A stretch of DNA of 64,000 nt from an uncultured virus (IMG/VR IMGVR_UViG_3300048503_000037) (taxonomy: Duplodnaviria > Heunggongvirae > Uroviricota > Caudoviricetes), in the IMG/VR virus record IMGVR_UViG_3300048503_000037. One strand, written 5' to 3'. Both the position numbers and the translations under genes were made by a program. The notes beneath the pieces are model-generated. The model was not told the DNA's origin. It searched no databases and saw only the letters and a list, made by a program, of their open reading frames with translations. This document shows positions 28,137 to 38,130 of the stretch, one piece after another (position 1 is the stretch's first letter; every line of letters begins with the position of its first letter).

Positions 28137-29786
28137 CTATTTCACCACGCCGAGATCGCGTTTGTTGGCATCGCGGTAGTGATACTGATTGTCAGAACCG
28201 AGCGCCATATCCGCTGCGCCGTCCGGGGCCGGCGCCGTCGGGGTTGGCGGCGTAGGCTTTTTGGCCTGATTGCCTGCCGGGGCGGTCTGCGTGGCCTGCC
28301 GCGCTGCGCGGCCCGTAGGCTTCCCTGCCCCCGCATCGGCCGGATCGAACCGCACACCGAGCGGCTGCATCTTCTTCTGGCCCAACTGCTGGTCGAGTTT
28401 CGACGAAATCTCATTCTTTTTGTCGGTGTACTCGCTGGGATTCAATACGTCGTTTGGATTATTGGGGTTCTCGTACTGGTTGCGGCGAGGGTTGTAAGTG
28501 TACTTGTCCTGGAGGCCTTTGATTTGCTCGGTGGCGGCGTCGATCATAGACTTGCGGAAGGCGCTGTGAGCCTCTCCATCTTCCGGCTTGTATTGGAACT
28601 TCCTGATTTCAGTCTCGCGATCGTAATCGAGAGCGGCCTTGAGCGCAGCTTTCTTTGCTGGATCTTTCTCAAGTGCCCAAGCGGACGAGGTCGCCTCAAA
28701 TGTAGTCGGAATCTTCCCTTGGCTCTGGTAGTCGGCGACTTGCTGCTTGATGTTGGCAAGCTGACCAGCAACGTCCGCGCTTTCCTTTCGGGCCTGGGCC
28801 ACGTCCACGCGAGACTGCGCCGTCTGCCCCTGCGCGGCCACAGTGCCAATATCCTTAATTCCGGTGATGACATCCTTCGCCCGGCCAGTGTCTTCCTTGT
28901 AGACATCCTCGGCCTGCTTTTCCTTTGCGTTGATGACATCCGTCAGCCCGGCTCGCTGTTGCGCTGCGATCGAGAACGCACGGTTGGGAGCACCGTAGGC
29001 TGTCGCGCCCACCGCCGCCGGGTCAACCGCGCCCAGCACGGCTCCGCGAATGCCGCCGCGCGCCAAACCCTCGACGCCACCGAGAACACCGCGTCCGAAG
29101 CGCTGCCACTTGGTTGGGCGATATTGCGAGTCCATGGGGTTGAGGGGAGTTGTGGGTCTCTGCGCTTCCATGGGAGCCTCTGTCTGCGCAAGCGTCGGCT
29201 GCCCAGAAAGATTCTTGCTGTAGTCAATCCCCATCTGGCTCGTCTGCTGGATGATCTTCTGATTGGGATCTTCCGCAGCACCGCCGCCGGGCTGCACATT
29301 GGCCATTGCCGCGCCCGTCGAGTCCATCTGTGGATTGGGAGCGTTGGTCGCCGGAACCTGGGACTGCGCCGCCCCATCCGCCAAGCTCTGGCCAAATGCT
29401 CCAGTGACTCCAGGGGTAAAGCTCGATGTGTCATTGCGTCCGACTGATGCCGGGGTAGGCTGGGCCTGGGGAGTCGGCTGCTCGCTCGCGGCTTGCGCTA
29501 ACTGAGACACGGGCTGTGCCTGGTTGGCCGCCGTCCCTGCCGCCGGTGCTGGCTTTGCGGCCTGCGCCACTGCGGGCTGGGGAGTGCCGGCAGACTTCGC
29601 AAGCGCGCTGGTTGCAACTGGGGCAGGCGCGGCATTGGCGGGCTGGTAGGGAACCCCTGCGCGCATGGCCGCCATGTACGCTTGTGGGTTGCCGGACGCG
29701 ACTACCTTGTCCCAATCGAGACCCAGCGCCGAGATTGGCGACGCTGAAGGAATGATGCTTTGAAGATCATTGTCGTTCGGTCCCAT
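28137..29786 (-). CDS. probable ejection/internal virion protein
   Basis: Ala/Gln/Pro-rich; Gly-rich hydrophobic stretch GVLGGVEGLARGGIRGAVLGAV; position. Confidence 0.55.
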   Translation of the reverse strand: MGPNDNDLQSIIPSASPISALGLDWDKVVASGNPQAYMAAMRAGVPYQPANAAPAPVATSALAKSAGTPQPAVAQAAKPAPAAGTAANQAQPVSQLAQAASEQPTPQAQPTPASVGRNDTSSFTPGVTGAFGQSLADGAAQSQVPATNAPNPQMDSTGAAMANVQPGGGAAEDPNQKIIQQTSQMGIDYSKNLSGQPTLAQTEAPMEAQRPTTPLNPMDSQYRPTKWQRFGRGVLGGVEGLARGGIRGAVLGAVDPAAVGATAYGAPNRAFSIAAQQRAGLTDVINAKEKQAEDVYKEDTGRAKDVITGIKDIGTVAAQGQTAQSRVDVAQARKESADVAGQLANIKQQVADYQSQGKIPTTFEATSSAWALEKDPAKKAALKAALDYDRETEIRKFQYKPEDGEAHSAFRKSMIDAATEQIKGLQDKYTYNPRRNQYENPNNPNDVLNPSEYTDKKNEISSKLDQQLGQKKMQPLGVRFDPADAGAGKPTGRAARQATQTAPAGNQAKKPTPPTPTAPAPDGAADMALGSDNQYHYRDANKRDLGVVK

Positions 29787-29787
29787 G

Positions 29788-30372
29788 CTATCCCCCTGCC
29801 GCTCCACCGGCGGCCTTTGCGATATTTTGCGGGGCATTTGCAAGATTTGCCCCAAATTCATCCAGCCAACTCGGCGTCTGGGCTGACGATACCTCAGATG
29901 TCATCTGGCCTGCGGCCGCGTTCGATTCTTGGCTGGCGAGATTCTGCTGTGCTGCGGTGATCTGATTCTGGCCACTGAGCACGTCCTGGCCGTATGTCGA
30001 ACCAGCCGCGAGCCTGCTCTGCGTTGCACTCGCTTCTTGTCCTCCAAGGGTTCGCTGAGCGTTCTGCTGCTCTGCCTCGCCTGCGGCTACGGGGGCGGCT
30101 GCATTCTGACCAGTACGCTGCGCCTGCTCTTGGTTCTTGGCTGCTGAGGCCTGTGCTGTTGCATCGGCTGTATTTGATAGTTGTTGGTTGGCAACCGACT
30201 GCGCCTGGCCACCTTGCACGTAAGGATTCGCCGCCGCAAACTTCGCAAGCTGGCTCTGCTGCGCGCCAATCTCAGCCTGGGTTGCTGCATCTGATGCTTG
30301 AGAAGCAGCCTCGTTGGTAGCCTGATCGGCAGAGGATGTGTTGAATGCTTGGGTTTCCTGCGCTCGGCTCAT
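29788..30372 (-). CDS. probable small ejection (pilot) protein
   Basis: Ala/Gln-rich helical protein with Gly-rich C-terminus; position. Confidence 0.55.
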   Translation of the reverse strand: MSRAQETQAFNTSSADQATNEAASQASDAATQAEIGAQQSQLAKFAAANPYVQGGQAQSVANQQLSNTADATAQASAAKNQEQAQRTGQNAAAPVAAGEAEQQNAQRTLGGQEASATQSRLAAGSTYGQDVLSGQNQITAAQQNLASQESNAAAGQMTSEVSSAQTPSWLDEFGANLANAPQNIAKAAGGAAGG

Positions 30373-30809
30373 GTGGTCTTCTCCTTCAAATCCCTGTAGA
30401 AATGTGTCAACCTGTCGTCATTCTGGCTGAATCCGGCCTTGGCGAGCGGCTTCCCGATAGTCTCGGCAAGGTCAATCGGCACGTCACAGTGAATGCCGTG
30501 GTAGCCCAGCCATGTCAGTACCGCCGCGAGCCCGTCAATGTCCCGGCGCGCGAACGCTGTAGCTTTGGGGTCGCAGCCCGCAAACATCAGCTCCGCCCTG
30601 CGCTCCACCCAGATAGCCTGTATGGGATCCTCTGTCGATTCATCGACGCCGACAAGTGCCACGGGAACCTGCTGGGTCAGTAGGCCGTGTTTGTCGAAGA
30701 ATACCGGCAAGGGATAACTCGTTCCATCCCGCTCGTTCTGCTCGCGGTGAAATCGTCGGATGTGATTCATGTGGGCCGGGATGGCGGGGCGAAGGATGAT
30801 CTTGTTCAC
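30369..30809 (-). CDS. hypothetical protein, possibly GNAT-like fold
   Basis: ILRPA N-terminus, LAKAGF C-terminus; lies between tail and ejection genes. Confidence 0.45.
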   Translation of the reverse strand: MNKIILRPAIPAHMNHIRRFHREQNERDGTSYPLPVFFDKHGLLTQQVPVALVGVDESTEDPIQAIWVERRAELMFAGCDPKATAFARRDIDGLAAVLTWLGYHGIHCDVPIDLAETIGKPLAKAGFSQNDDRLTHFYRDLKEKTT

Positions 30810-31171
30810 TTTGCTACCTTTGGTACATGCAACATTCTAAACGCCCCGTGCTGGGTAACTCTGTGGCCCGGCGGCACAATCGATGCCAGTGGACCAAGAT
30901 TGATCGGGACTCCATGCTTCCCGGCGTAGGCTACGATCGCGGCATGGTTGGCGTGGAGCGTTGCAAGCGCGGCATTGATCTCTGCCGCCGGGTCCAATCC
31001 GCCGAGGTCGCTCTGCGCGAAAGGCCTGTGACATTCCCGGCACTCTGGCACGTGAAGCAAGATGTCGATGTTGTGCTCGCCACCCGTGACCTGGTTGAAC
31101 AGGTGGATATGGTGGACGTGCGTGCGCCCGTCGATAAAATTATGCTCGTGCCCCTGCCGAACTGCCCACAT
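30806..31171 (-). CDS. hypothetical His/Cys-rich protein
   Basis: ATG 31171; CRECH motif. Confidence 0.5.
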   Translation of the reverse strand: MWAVRQGHEHNFIDGRTHVHHIHLFNQVTGGEHNIDILLHVPECRECHRPFAQSDLGGLDPAAEINAALATLHANHAAIVAYAGKHGVPINLGPLASIVPPGHRVTQHGAFRMLHVPKVAK

Positions 31172-31176
31172 ATCGT

Positions 31177-32257
31177 TTACCCCGTGGTCCCGTCGTTTAC
31201 GACCAGCCTTCCGCCGTTGCCGCCGATATTCTGGCCTCCGCCTGTTGATCCACCGAACCGTCCACCAGTTACCGTAACAGGCTGTGTACCTGGTGTGTAT
31301 CCAGTTCCCGCTGATCCGTTCGCAATCGAGATGAGAATGCCACCTGTAATTGTCTGCGCGCCCGGTGTTGCTCCCGTTCCCACGTCGGCGATGACGAGCG
31401 AAACAGGATCGCTCAAGGCGTTGCCGCCGCTCACCACATTCCACGCTGTCACGTTGCCGGTCCCATTGACCGTGACGGTCACCACAGGCAAGACTAGATC
31501 GCCGCTCCCGACTACACTCACCGCGCCAATGGGGGTTACGCCGTCCGTCAGAACCTCAGGGAGTGTTCCACGTGCAACATAATCAGCGCCTTGGAAGCCG
31601 ACCACTTGCTCGACAGAGAAAGGCACGTTGATGATTGTGGCCGACGGCAGGATGGTGTCCACGCCGCCTTTGACCGATGGGTATTGAGTGTTGAGTCCGG
31701 ACTTGCCGTAAACCCTGATTACCGCCGAAGTTCCATCTACGCTCGATGCTGAGTCCACGGTCGCATAGTTCGTCTGGTTCAGTACCGTCGCATCGGACGA
31801 TGCGGCCGACGATTGAAGGCCGGAGGCCACCGCGCCGGGCTGCGTCTGGTAGGCGTTCCAGTTACTTTGGTCGTAGCTTGAGCGCAGCCGCCAAAAGACG
31901 GTGAGGTTCGGCTGGGCAACCGTTTGATGTGTAGATGTCGATACAGGCAGCGTCGTGACGCCGGACCCGCCAACAAAACTGGCGATGGTCGAGTAGCTCA
32001 GTTCGTGATAGAGCGTCTTGTTGATCGACTGCGTTGGATTGGTGATTGCGACAGTGAATATCCCATTTGCTCCGCTAACCTGTGAATGATGCAAGCGGGG
32101 GAGGCGCGCTCGATGGCTCCTGCGGTGAGTTAGTCGGCTCGATGAAGTTACTGCCAAGTTGATTGTTATGAACCTCAAGTTGGGCATAGATGCCGAGCAG
32201 CACGGTACGAAGCCCGAAGTCCCGAATTGCATTTATCTGCGCTTTACTTAGAGCCAT
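31177..32257 (-). CDS. putative tail protein (frame break near 32100)
   Basis: 32075-32257 continues into the 31177-32232 frame; beta-rich, Thr/Gly/Val-rich. Confidence 0.55.
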
Positions 32258-35200
32258 CTATCTACTCTCCCCAGCCAGTCGGCCCTGGAACATGGGACTG
32301 ATAAACACGCAACTGTACTTCATCGAGAACCAGGCGTCCGCAATCGCTCCGTTGGTGTAGCGCACTCTCCACCGCTCATTGAGCTTGCTGGGGGTGTTAC
32401 GGCTGATTCCCTTGGTGGGATTCAGTTCAAGCTGGATCGGCTTAAGCGGGACATACCATCTTGGCTGTGGCGTACCGGCTCCCCAGTCCGTGATCCTGCG
32501 CGCGCCAGCAATGAACGATACAAAGAGGCTGCCGTTGCCGCGGGCGTTCATGTTGAGACCTTGGAGCTTGCAAAGAGTCATCATCTCCTGCGCAGCCACG
32601 CTTTCGTACTGGCAGTCGATCCCGGCGCCATTGTCGTTATAGATGCCCGGCGAGATGGCCTGCACCGTTCCATCAGGTCCAGAGGAGGCAATCAGGAACT
32701 GCGAGATGTACTGGCGCGCGTATTCTTCGGTGGTGTCCACCGGACCCTCATCTGGGGTGGGCTCGTCCGTGATGGTCCGATAAACCCTGCCGCCGACAAA
32801 TCCAGCAATGCTATCCACTGAGTATTTGCGGCACTGCTCGATGGTTATTTCTTTGCCAGAGTAGCGCGAGAACAAAAGTGGGTTGTTCCAGCCTTCCTCG
32901 TAGTTGAGTGTAAGAACCACATTCGGCACGGTGCTGTTACCGACAGGGAAGCCCATTTTGACTTCATGCTCCTCGGCATCAATCGCGCACCAGATGGTTT
33001 GCTGGGCTGCCCAGTTGATCGTGTTCCACCAGCGCGGCAGTTCCTTTGAGACCAATTCAGGGTAGGAGCTTTCGTACTTATAGATACCACTCGAATGCAC
33101 GAAAATGATGAACTGGCCGCACACATCGACCGCGCGCGGCCCGCACGGTCCCACCTTGGTCCAGCGTTTCGTGACTACCCATGTTGCTGGGTCCGCCGTC
33201 GAGGGATTGATTTCAAAACCAGACCGCTCACGGAAGGAATAGAGAACGCCTTGAAACTCGCGCACGCACCAGGCGCGCTCGCCGTCGTCGGTTCCCACGG
33301 TGATGATGCTGGTGTCGCCGTAGTAGCTTTCAGGATCTGCCGCCAGCGAGACCCAGTGGCTGGAATAGAAGCCCGGCACGCCAGTCTGGAAGATGCGGTC
33401 AACGGTCGGGGAGTAGTAGATGTCAACGCATTGTTGAGGCTGAATGACGCGCAGCCTGTCAGTGATGTCGATGGAGCCAATCAGAAACTCATCGGTGAAG
33501 TTGACCGTGGCTGTCGAGGTTCCATTCGGGAAGGCCGTCGCCGTCATGGGGATGGCGTCCGAGACGGTTGACTGCGGGATATAGAAGAAGGGTCCAGCGC
33601 TCAACCCATCGGCGACGGAGAAGCCAGCAATCACGTTCTGAATGTAGTTTGGCCCGTTGGGAAGGTTGAAGAGGGATAACTCCCAGCCGTTCTCATCCAC
33701 GATATAACTGAAGGTCGCAGCCTGCGTAAAGCCAGAGATGGTGTCGAAGTCATCCTCATAGGCGATGCAGAGCCAGCGATAGCCCTGGGTGCCGTTGGGG
33801 CCTCCCGTGGCCGTGTCCTGCGCGATGTTGCCAGCAGGCCCGGTAGTGTTGACGGTTGGCGGTGGAGGACCGACCACGGTATTTGTAATCGTGACGGTCG
33901 CGCCAGTGCCGAATGTGCCAATGAGAGCGAAGTTACCGGGAGGCGGAAAGGTGCTGCCATCGAAGGTGGTCCCGGTTGGCACATCGCATTCATAAAGGTT
34001 GATGCCGGTGACAGCATAACCCTGCGGAAACTGCGTAGTGATGACGATCGAATCATCCAACTGTGTGTCGATGACGGAATTAGCCGGACCTGGGAGCGTC
34101 TCGCCGATGGCGTTCACATAGGTCTGGAGGATGTAGACATCCAACCCGGCCGCAAATACTCCGCCACCGCCCGCGCGCGCGATGACAGGCTCGATGTCTG
34201 GAGTGGGAAGTTGGCCGCCCGTGATACGGGCTGTATTGGTGGTCGGGGGAGCCTGGAAGGAACCAGCCGCGGCGACGCCATAAGTTCCGCCGAGAGCGAC
34301 AGGTGCAGCATTCGCGGCTTGATAGGTGGATAGCTGTGGCGCAGGCGTTGCCGTGGCGACAATGGCGACATAAACATTTGCCGCGATGGGAACGTATTGT
34401 GACGGCAATCCCTGCACCCAGCCGGCCATCGACGCAAGAGCTGGAATCGTGACGTTGACGGTTGTAGCTCCGGCAAGTGTGGTGATCTTGCTGGAGAGGC
34501 TTGGGAGGCTTTCTCCTTGGGCGTTGACGAGCGTGATGGCGACATAGACATCCTGCGCGCCCGCGATCGTTCCACCGCCAGCCAGGGCCAGCGCCGGGGC
34601 ATTCGGAGCAGCAATGCGGTTCGCCATAACCGGCGTCTGTTCTTTCCACGTCACTCCGCCGTCTACAACAGTCCCGCCTTCAGTGAGAGGCCACACTGGC
34701 TGTACGTTCGCTGTCGTTCCGGCCACGGTGCAGATGTAGAGATGGCCATTGCCGACAGCCACAGTAACCCCGCTCTGGAGTTGCGACGGGGTGCAGCATT
34801 CCCCCACCAGCACCTGCGCGCCGGCGTACCAGCCGAAGCCCACAGGCTTCATGCCGTAAGGAAGGAGTTGCTTGGTCGAGAGGTCGTATGCTGCCGGGAA
34901 AGCTGTGGGGGTGAGGAGGTTGGAGAATCCCATCCAAGCCCGGTTATAGGCTTGGGTGCCGATCATGTGGGAGTTGGCGGGGAGAGTGACCAGCGGCCCG
35001 GTTATGCTCGTGGTACGACCTGTTCCGGATGGATTCTCGATCTGGAAGGCGCCGGCATAGTCGTAGAGCAATATGGCCTGAAAGTAAACCTGAGTCGCGG
35101 TCTCCGGGGTGAAGGCGCACCCCAAGAGGCCCGTGATTGGACTCTGGTTCTTTCCTTGGATTGCGGTCTGAATCCCGTATCTGGTCTCGACCTCGGTAAG

Positions 35201-35323
35201 ATTGAACCGGCAATTCTGCGACAGGGCAGCACAGCCCATGGGCAGATTGGTGGGGTCATCCTCATCTACGAGGCCAAGCCAGCGACTGAACTCTACCTTG
35301 GTCGCTCCGCCGTAATTGGCCAT
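32258..35323 (-). CDS. tail nozzle / DNA-stabilisation protein with inserted Ig/FN3-like modules
   Basis: 1021 aa, beta-propeller-like C-half (VGPCGPRAV..FVHSSGIYKY); position after the adaptor. Confidence 0.65.
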   Translation of the reverse strand: MANYGGATKVEFSRWLGLVDEDDPTNLPMGCAALSQNCRFNLTEVETRYGIQTAIQGKNQSPITGLLGCAFTPETATQVYFQAILLYDYAGAFQIENPSGTGRTTSITGPLVTLPANSHMIGTQAYNRAWMGFSNLLTPTAFPAAYDLSTKQLLPYGMKPVGFGWYAGAQVLVGECCTPSQLQSGVTVAVGNGHLYICTVAGTTANVQPVWPLTEGGTVVDGGVTWKEQTPVMANRIAAPNAPALALAGGGTIAGAQDVYVAITLVNAQGESLPSLSSKITTLAGATTVNVTIPALASMAGWVQGLPSQYVPIAANVYVAIVATATPAPQLSTYQAANAAPVALGGTYGVAAAGSFQAPPTTNTARITGGQLPTPDIEPVIARAGGGGVFAAGLDVYILQTYVNAIGETLPGPANSVIDTQLDDSIVITTQFPQGYAVTGINLYECDVPTGTTFDGSTFPPPGNFALIGTFGTGATVTITNTVVGPPPPTVNTTGPAGNIAQDTATGGPNGTQGYRWLCIAYEDDFDTISGFTQAATFSYIVDENGWELSLFNLPNGPNYIQNVIAGFSVADGLSAGPFFYIPQSTVSDAIPMTATAFPNGTSTATVNFTDEFLIGSIDITDRLRVIQPQQCVDIYYSPTVDRIFQTGVPGFYSSHWVSLAADPESYYGDTSIITVGTDDGERAWCVREFQGVLYSFRERSGFEINPSTADPATWVVTKRWTKVGPCGPRAVDVCGQFIIFVHSSGIYKYESSYPELVSKELPRWWNTINWAAQQTIWCAIDAEEHEVKMGFPVGNSTVPNVVLTLNYEEGWNNPLLFSRYSGKEITIEQCRKYSVDSIAGFVGGRVYRTITDEPTPDEGPVDTTEEYARQYISQFLIASSGPDGTVQAISPGIYNDNGAGIDCQYESVAAQEMMTLCKLQGLNMNARGNGSLFVSFIAGARRITDWGAGTPQPRWYVPLKPIQLELNPTKGISRNTPSKLNERWRVRYTNGAIADAWFSMKYSCVFISPMFQGRLAGESR

Positions 35324-35332
35324 TTACCTGCC

Positions 35333-35698
35333 TTAGACTCCCTGGAGGTCGTGGTCAACTTCGACAGTGAGCAGGCCGCCGGAGATGGCTGCGGGGTACG
35401 CTTCGGCGGTCAGTTCCGTGGTGCCATTCCAGAAGGATAGGTCGTACTGGCCAGGCGTCGCGGTCGGCGTCAACTGCGCGGCCCATCCCCCAAGTTGCTG
35501 CGCGCCCACCTTGGCGCCCAGCGGAGCGGCTCCATTCGGACCTGTGCAGGTTGTGGCCGAGGGGTTGGACGCTGCGGAGGTCAAAGTCACTACCTCTCCA
35601 GGGTCGCCGGGATAGTTGACGGAGAGGGTGATTCCGAAAACGGTCGTCTTGAAGTTGACGCCGCGCTTCTGATACAAAATCTTGGCTACTGCTGCCAT
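35333..35698 (-). CDS. hypothetical virion protein
   Basis: AAGGAG RBS; beta-rich. Confidence 0.6.
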   Translation of the reverse strand: MAAVAKILYQKRGVNFKTTVFGITLSVNYPGDPGEVVTLTSAASNPSATTCTGPNGAAPLGAKVGAQQLGGWAAQLTPTATPGQYDLSFWNGTTELTAEAYPAAISGGLLTVEVDHDLQGV

Positions 35699-35722
35699 GA
35701 TGATTCTCCTTATTTGAATTGG

Positions 35723-36433
35723 TTAGATCAACTTCACATACAGACCGAAACTGCGCCACTCCCATCCCACGTTGGATTGGAGGTTGTAATTCCATCCGCG
35801 CCCGCTTCCGTTGCCGCGGTTTGGAGAGCCAAGCCTGAAACTCTGCCGCTGCATCTGTTGGGTGAGCTTGGCCGAGATGACATCCCATGCAGCCTTGGCG
35901 ATCGTGCCATAATTGGTCGTCCACGCATCGTTGGGCCGCTCCGCGCCGATCAGCGCGCCGATGGAGTAAGCCAGGGCATGCGCCGCGAGAGGGTGAACCT
36001 CAATAACGCTGTCATCGGTTGTGAGGTCCGCCGGCCGGAAGTCTCCCCGCACACGGAAGTCAAACGTCCCGGCCTGCACTTGTTGAGGCGTGTCGGGCAG
36101 GATCGTGCATTCCTTGACGGGCTTCCACGGTCCATTGGTCCCAGATACACGGAAGTCCACAAAGCGGGGTTCCACAAGGTTCTTGAGGGGATAAGTCCTA
36201 TCGGCTCCGGCGTATGGAGTTAGGTTGCTTTCGTCGGCTCCCACATTCACCGATGGAATCAGCACAACCTTTTCGATGTACGGCGAGCAGGAAAGCTCAA
36301 GGTACATGATCGACTGCTCATAAGCTGTGTTGCATTTCGGGGCGAGATACTCCTCTGTAAGCCAATCGTCATCGGGATAAGTGACCCCGACGAGCCCGCC
36401 AACCTGAGAGAAACAATCGCCCCGAGTTTGCAT
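35723..36433 (-). CDS. putative head-tail adaptor
   Basis: helical termini with beta core; position between capsid and nozzle. Confidence 0.5.
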   Translation of the reverse strand: MQTRGDCFSQVGGLVGVTYPDDDWLTEEYLAPKCNTAYEQSIMYLELSCSPYIEKVVLIPSVNVGADESNLTPYAGADRTYPLKNLVEPRFVDFRVSGTNGPWKPVKECTILPDTPQQVQAGTFDFRVRGDFRPADLTTDDSVIEVHPLAAHALAYSIGALIGAERPNDAWTTNYGTIAKAAWDVISAKLTQQMQRQSFRLGSPNRGNGSGRGWNYNLQSNVGWEWRSFGLYVKLI

Positions 36434-36440
36434 TGCTACC

Positions 36441-37385
36441 CTACTTCTGCGCTTCTACGCGCCGTGCTTGTTCGGCTTTGGCCTTCTTCCACTGCTCGGC
36501 TGTCAGCGTGTTCATCCTCACATGGTCAACCGAGATTTCACCGCTCATAAACGCCAGCAGCGGGTCCACCACGTAACTGCACTTGCACATGCCAGTCTTC
36601 GAGACATACTGGGCATTGCAGCGCGGGCAGCAATCCTCAGCCTTGAACTGGACGTTGCGCCAGGATGGGGCGTTCTGGATTTGCTTCATGTGAAGCATGA
36701 AGTCTGCCACGATGTGCTGGTACTTCTGGATATTCTTGCGCTTCTGGGGGTCGTCGGCGTCGTGGTTCGCTTCCATCAGAACCGCGTGACAGTGATTGTA
36801 AAGCTGCTCATCGGCATCGGCCAGCATATCTTTGAGCGTGCGATCGACAAACCGCAAGTACCGCTCTCCCTTGCGGAAGACGTACTCAGGAACGCGCACC
36901 GTGTCGGCCGGCTTGAGACCGTCCATGGTGCCCTCAAAGACCACCACGCCGCCCGATTTCACTAGCCGGTCTTCGTCGGTCTCGCCCACGTACCAATGTT
37001 TGAACTCCATGAGCTGCTCGACGGGAAGAAGTATCTTCACATCGTAGCGGGCGCGGAGGCTCTTGTCGGACATCTCCTGGTTGCCGCGGTAGATGGGAAG
37101 GCTTCGGGTGCCGGTGACGGTCAGCGAGGAGAACGGCTTGTCAAATGGCCGGGCCGGGCACTGGTAATCCCAGAGGCCAGTCTCTACCTTGAGCGGGAAT
37201 GGTGAACGATTGAGGATGGTCGCGGGCTTGATCTCGCCGCGGAGCTCCAATTCGGTGATCTTGCGCTCACGTAGCCGTAGACGCTCCTGGGCCGCTTGGC
37301 CAAGATGCGCGAAGTCTGGTTTGCCGCCGCCGGCAAGAGCGGAGTCGGCGCCGATGATGGGAGGGGTGATTACTGAGGTTGCCAT
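36441..37385 (-). CDS. hypothetical protein with C-terminal Cys cluster
   Basis: GAAGGAG RBS; CPRC..CKC. Confidence 0.65.
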   Translation of the reverse strand: MATSVITPPIIGADSALAGGGKPDFAHLGQAAQERLRLRERKITELELRGEIKPATILNRSPFPLKVETGLWDYQCPARPFDKPFSSLTVTGTRSLPIYRGNQEMSDKSLRARYDVKILLPVEQLMEFKHWYVGETDEDRLVKSGGVVVFEGTMDGLKPADTVRVPEYVFRKGERYLRFVDRTLKDMLADADEQLYNHCHAVLMEANHDADDPQKRKNIQKYQHIVADFMLHMKQIQNAPSWRNVQFKAEDCCPRCNAQYVSKTGMCKCSYVVDPLLAFMSGEISVDHVRMNTLTAEQWKKAKAEQARRVEAQK

Positions 37386-37431
37386 GGTGGTACGCTCCTT
37401 CTGTTGCGCTCCGAGAACTTGTCCCGCGAGG

Positions 37432-38127
37432 TTAGGTATGACTCATCAACCCTTGAGCGTTGACGAGACGGTTGCGGAACCCGCTGAGTGCCGGATTCCC
37501 TTTGATCGATTCGAGATGGCTCAATCGCTGGTAGGTGACTTCCTTCAAGAAAGCCTCGTACTGGGCCTCCTCTTTGGCGTCCGCCTCCTCGATATCCCGC
37601 TGCATCGCGCGGGCTATCGCAGCCTCATCGATCGTTCCATGAAGGTGCGGAGCGTTCTCCCATGCCGCGATTGACGCTCTTACGTCCTCAAGCAATGGAA
37701 TCTGCGGCCAGGGTCCACCGCCGGACGGCATGAAGTATCCGCCCTTCTCGGGGAATGGTCCCATCATGGGGGTTACGCCGTCCTGAGACAGCGCAGACTC
37801 CCACTGTTGCCGGGAGCCGTAGGCCGATGCAGGAAACCAGCGTTCGAGAATCCAGCCTTGGCAGGGGTAGAGTGGAACCCAGAACATGCCGATCCTGATA
37901 GCGTCGGGGGCAATCTGCCTGGTGGTGTACCGGACATCTTTCCCCACGGTCTCAAACTGGACCTGTTCGGTCTCGTCGGCGAACTCCGTCCACATGCCGG
38001 CGCGCTGGACGAGATGATTCTCCGCCAGGATGATGCGCCAGTTGGGGTCGCCGTGCTCGTTCTTGCCGCCCCAGCGGAGTAGCTTGTCCGTTACTTCCGC
38101 TGGGGTATCCTGCAATGGATTGTTCAT
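37432..38127 (-). CDS. hypothetical protein
   Basis: ORF immediately after the capsid gene. Confidence 0.65.
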   Translation of the reverse strand: MNNPLQDTPAEVTDKLLRWGGKNEHGDPNWRIILAENHLVQRAGMWTEFADETEQVQFETVGKDVRYTTRQIAPDAIRIGMFWVPLYPCQGWILERWFPASAYGSRQQWESALSQDGVTPMMGPFPEKGGYFMPSGGGPWPQIPLLEDVRASIAAWENAPHLHGTIDEAAIARAMQRDIEEADAKEEAQYEAFLKEVTYQRLSHLESIKGNPALSGFRNRLVNAQGLMSHT

Positions 38128-38130
38128 GGG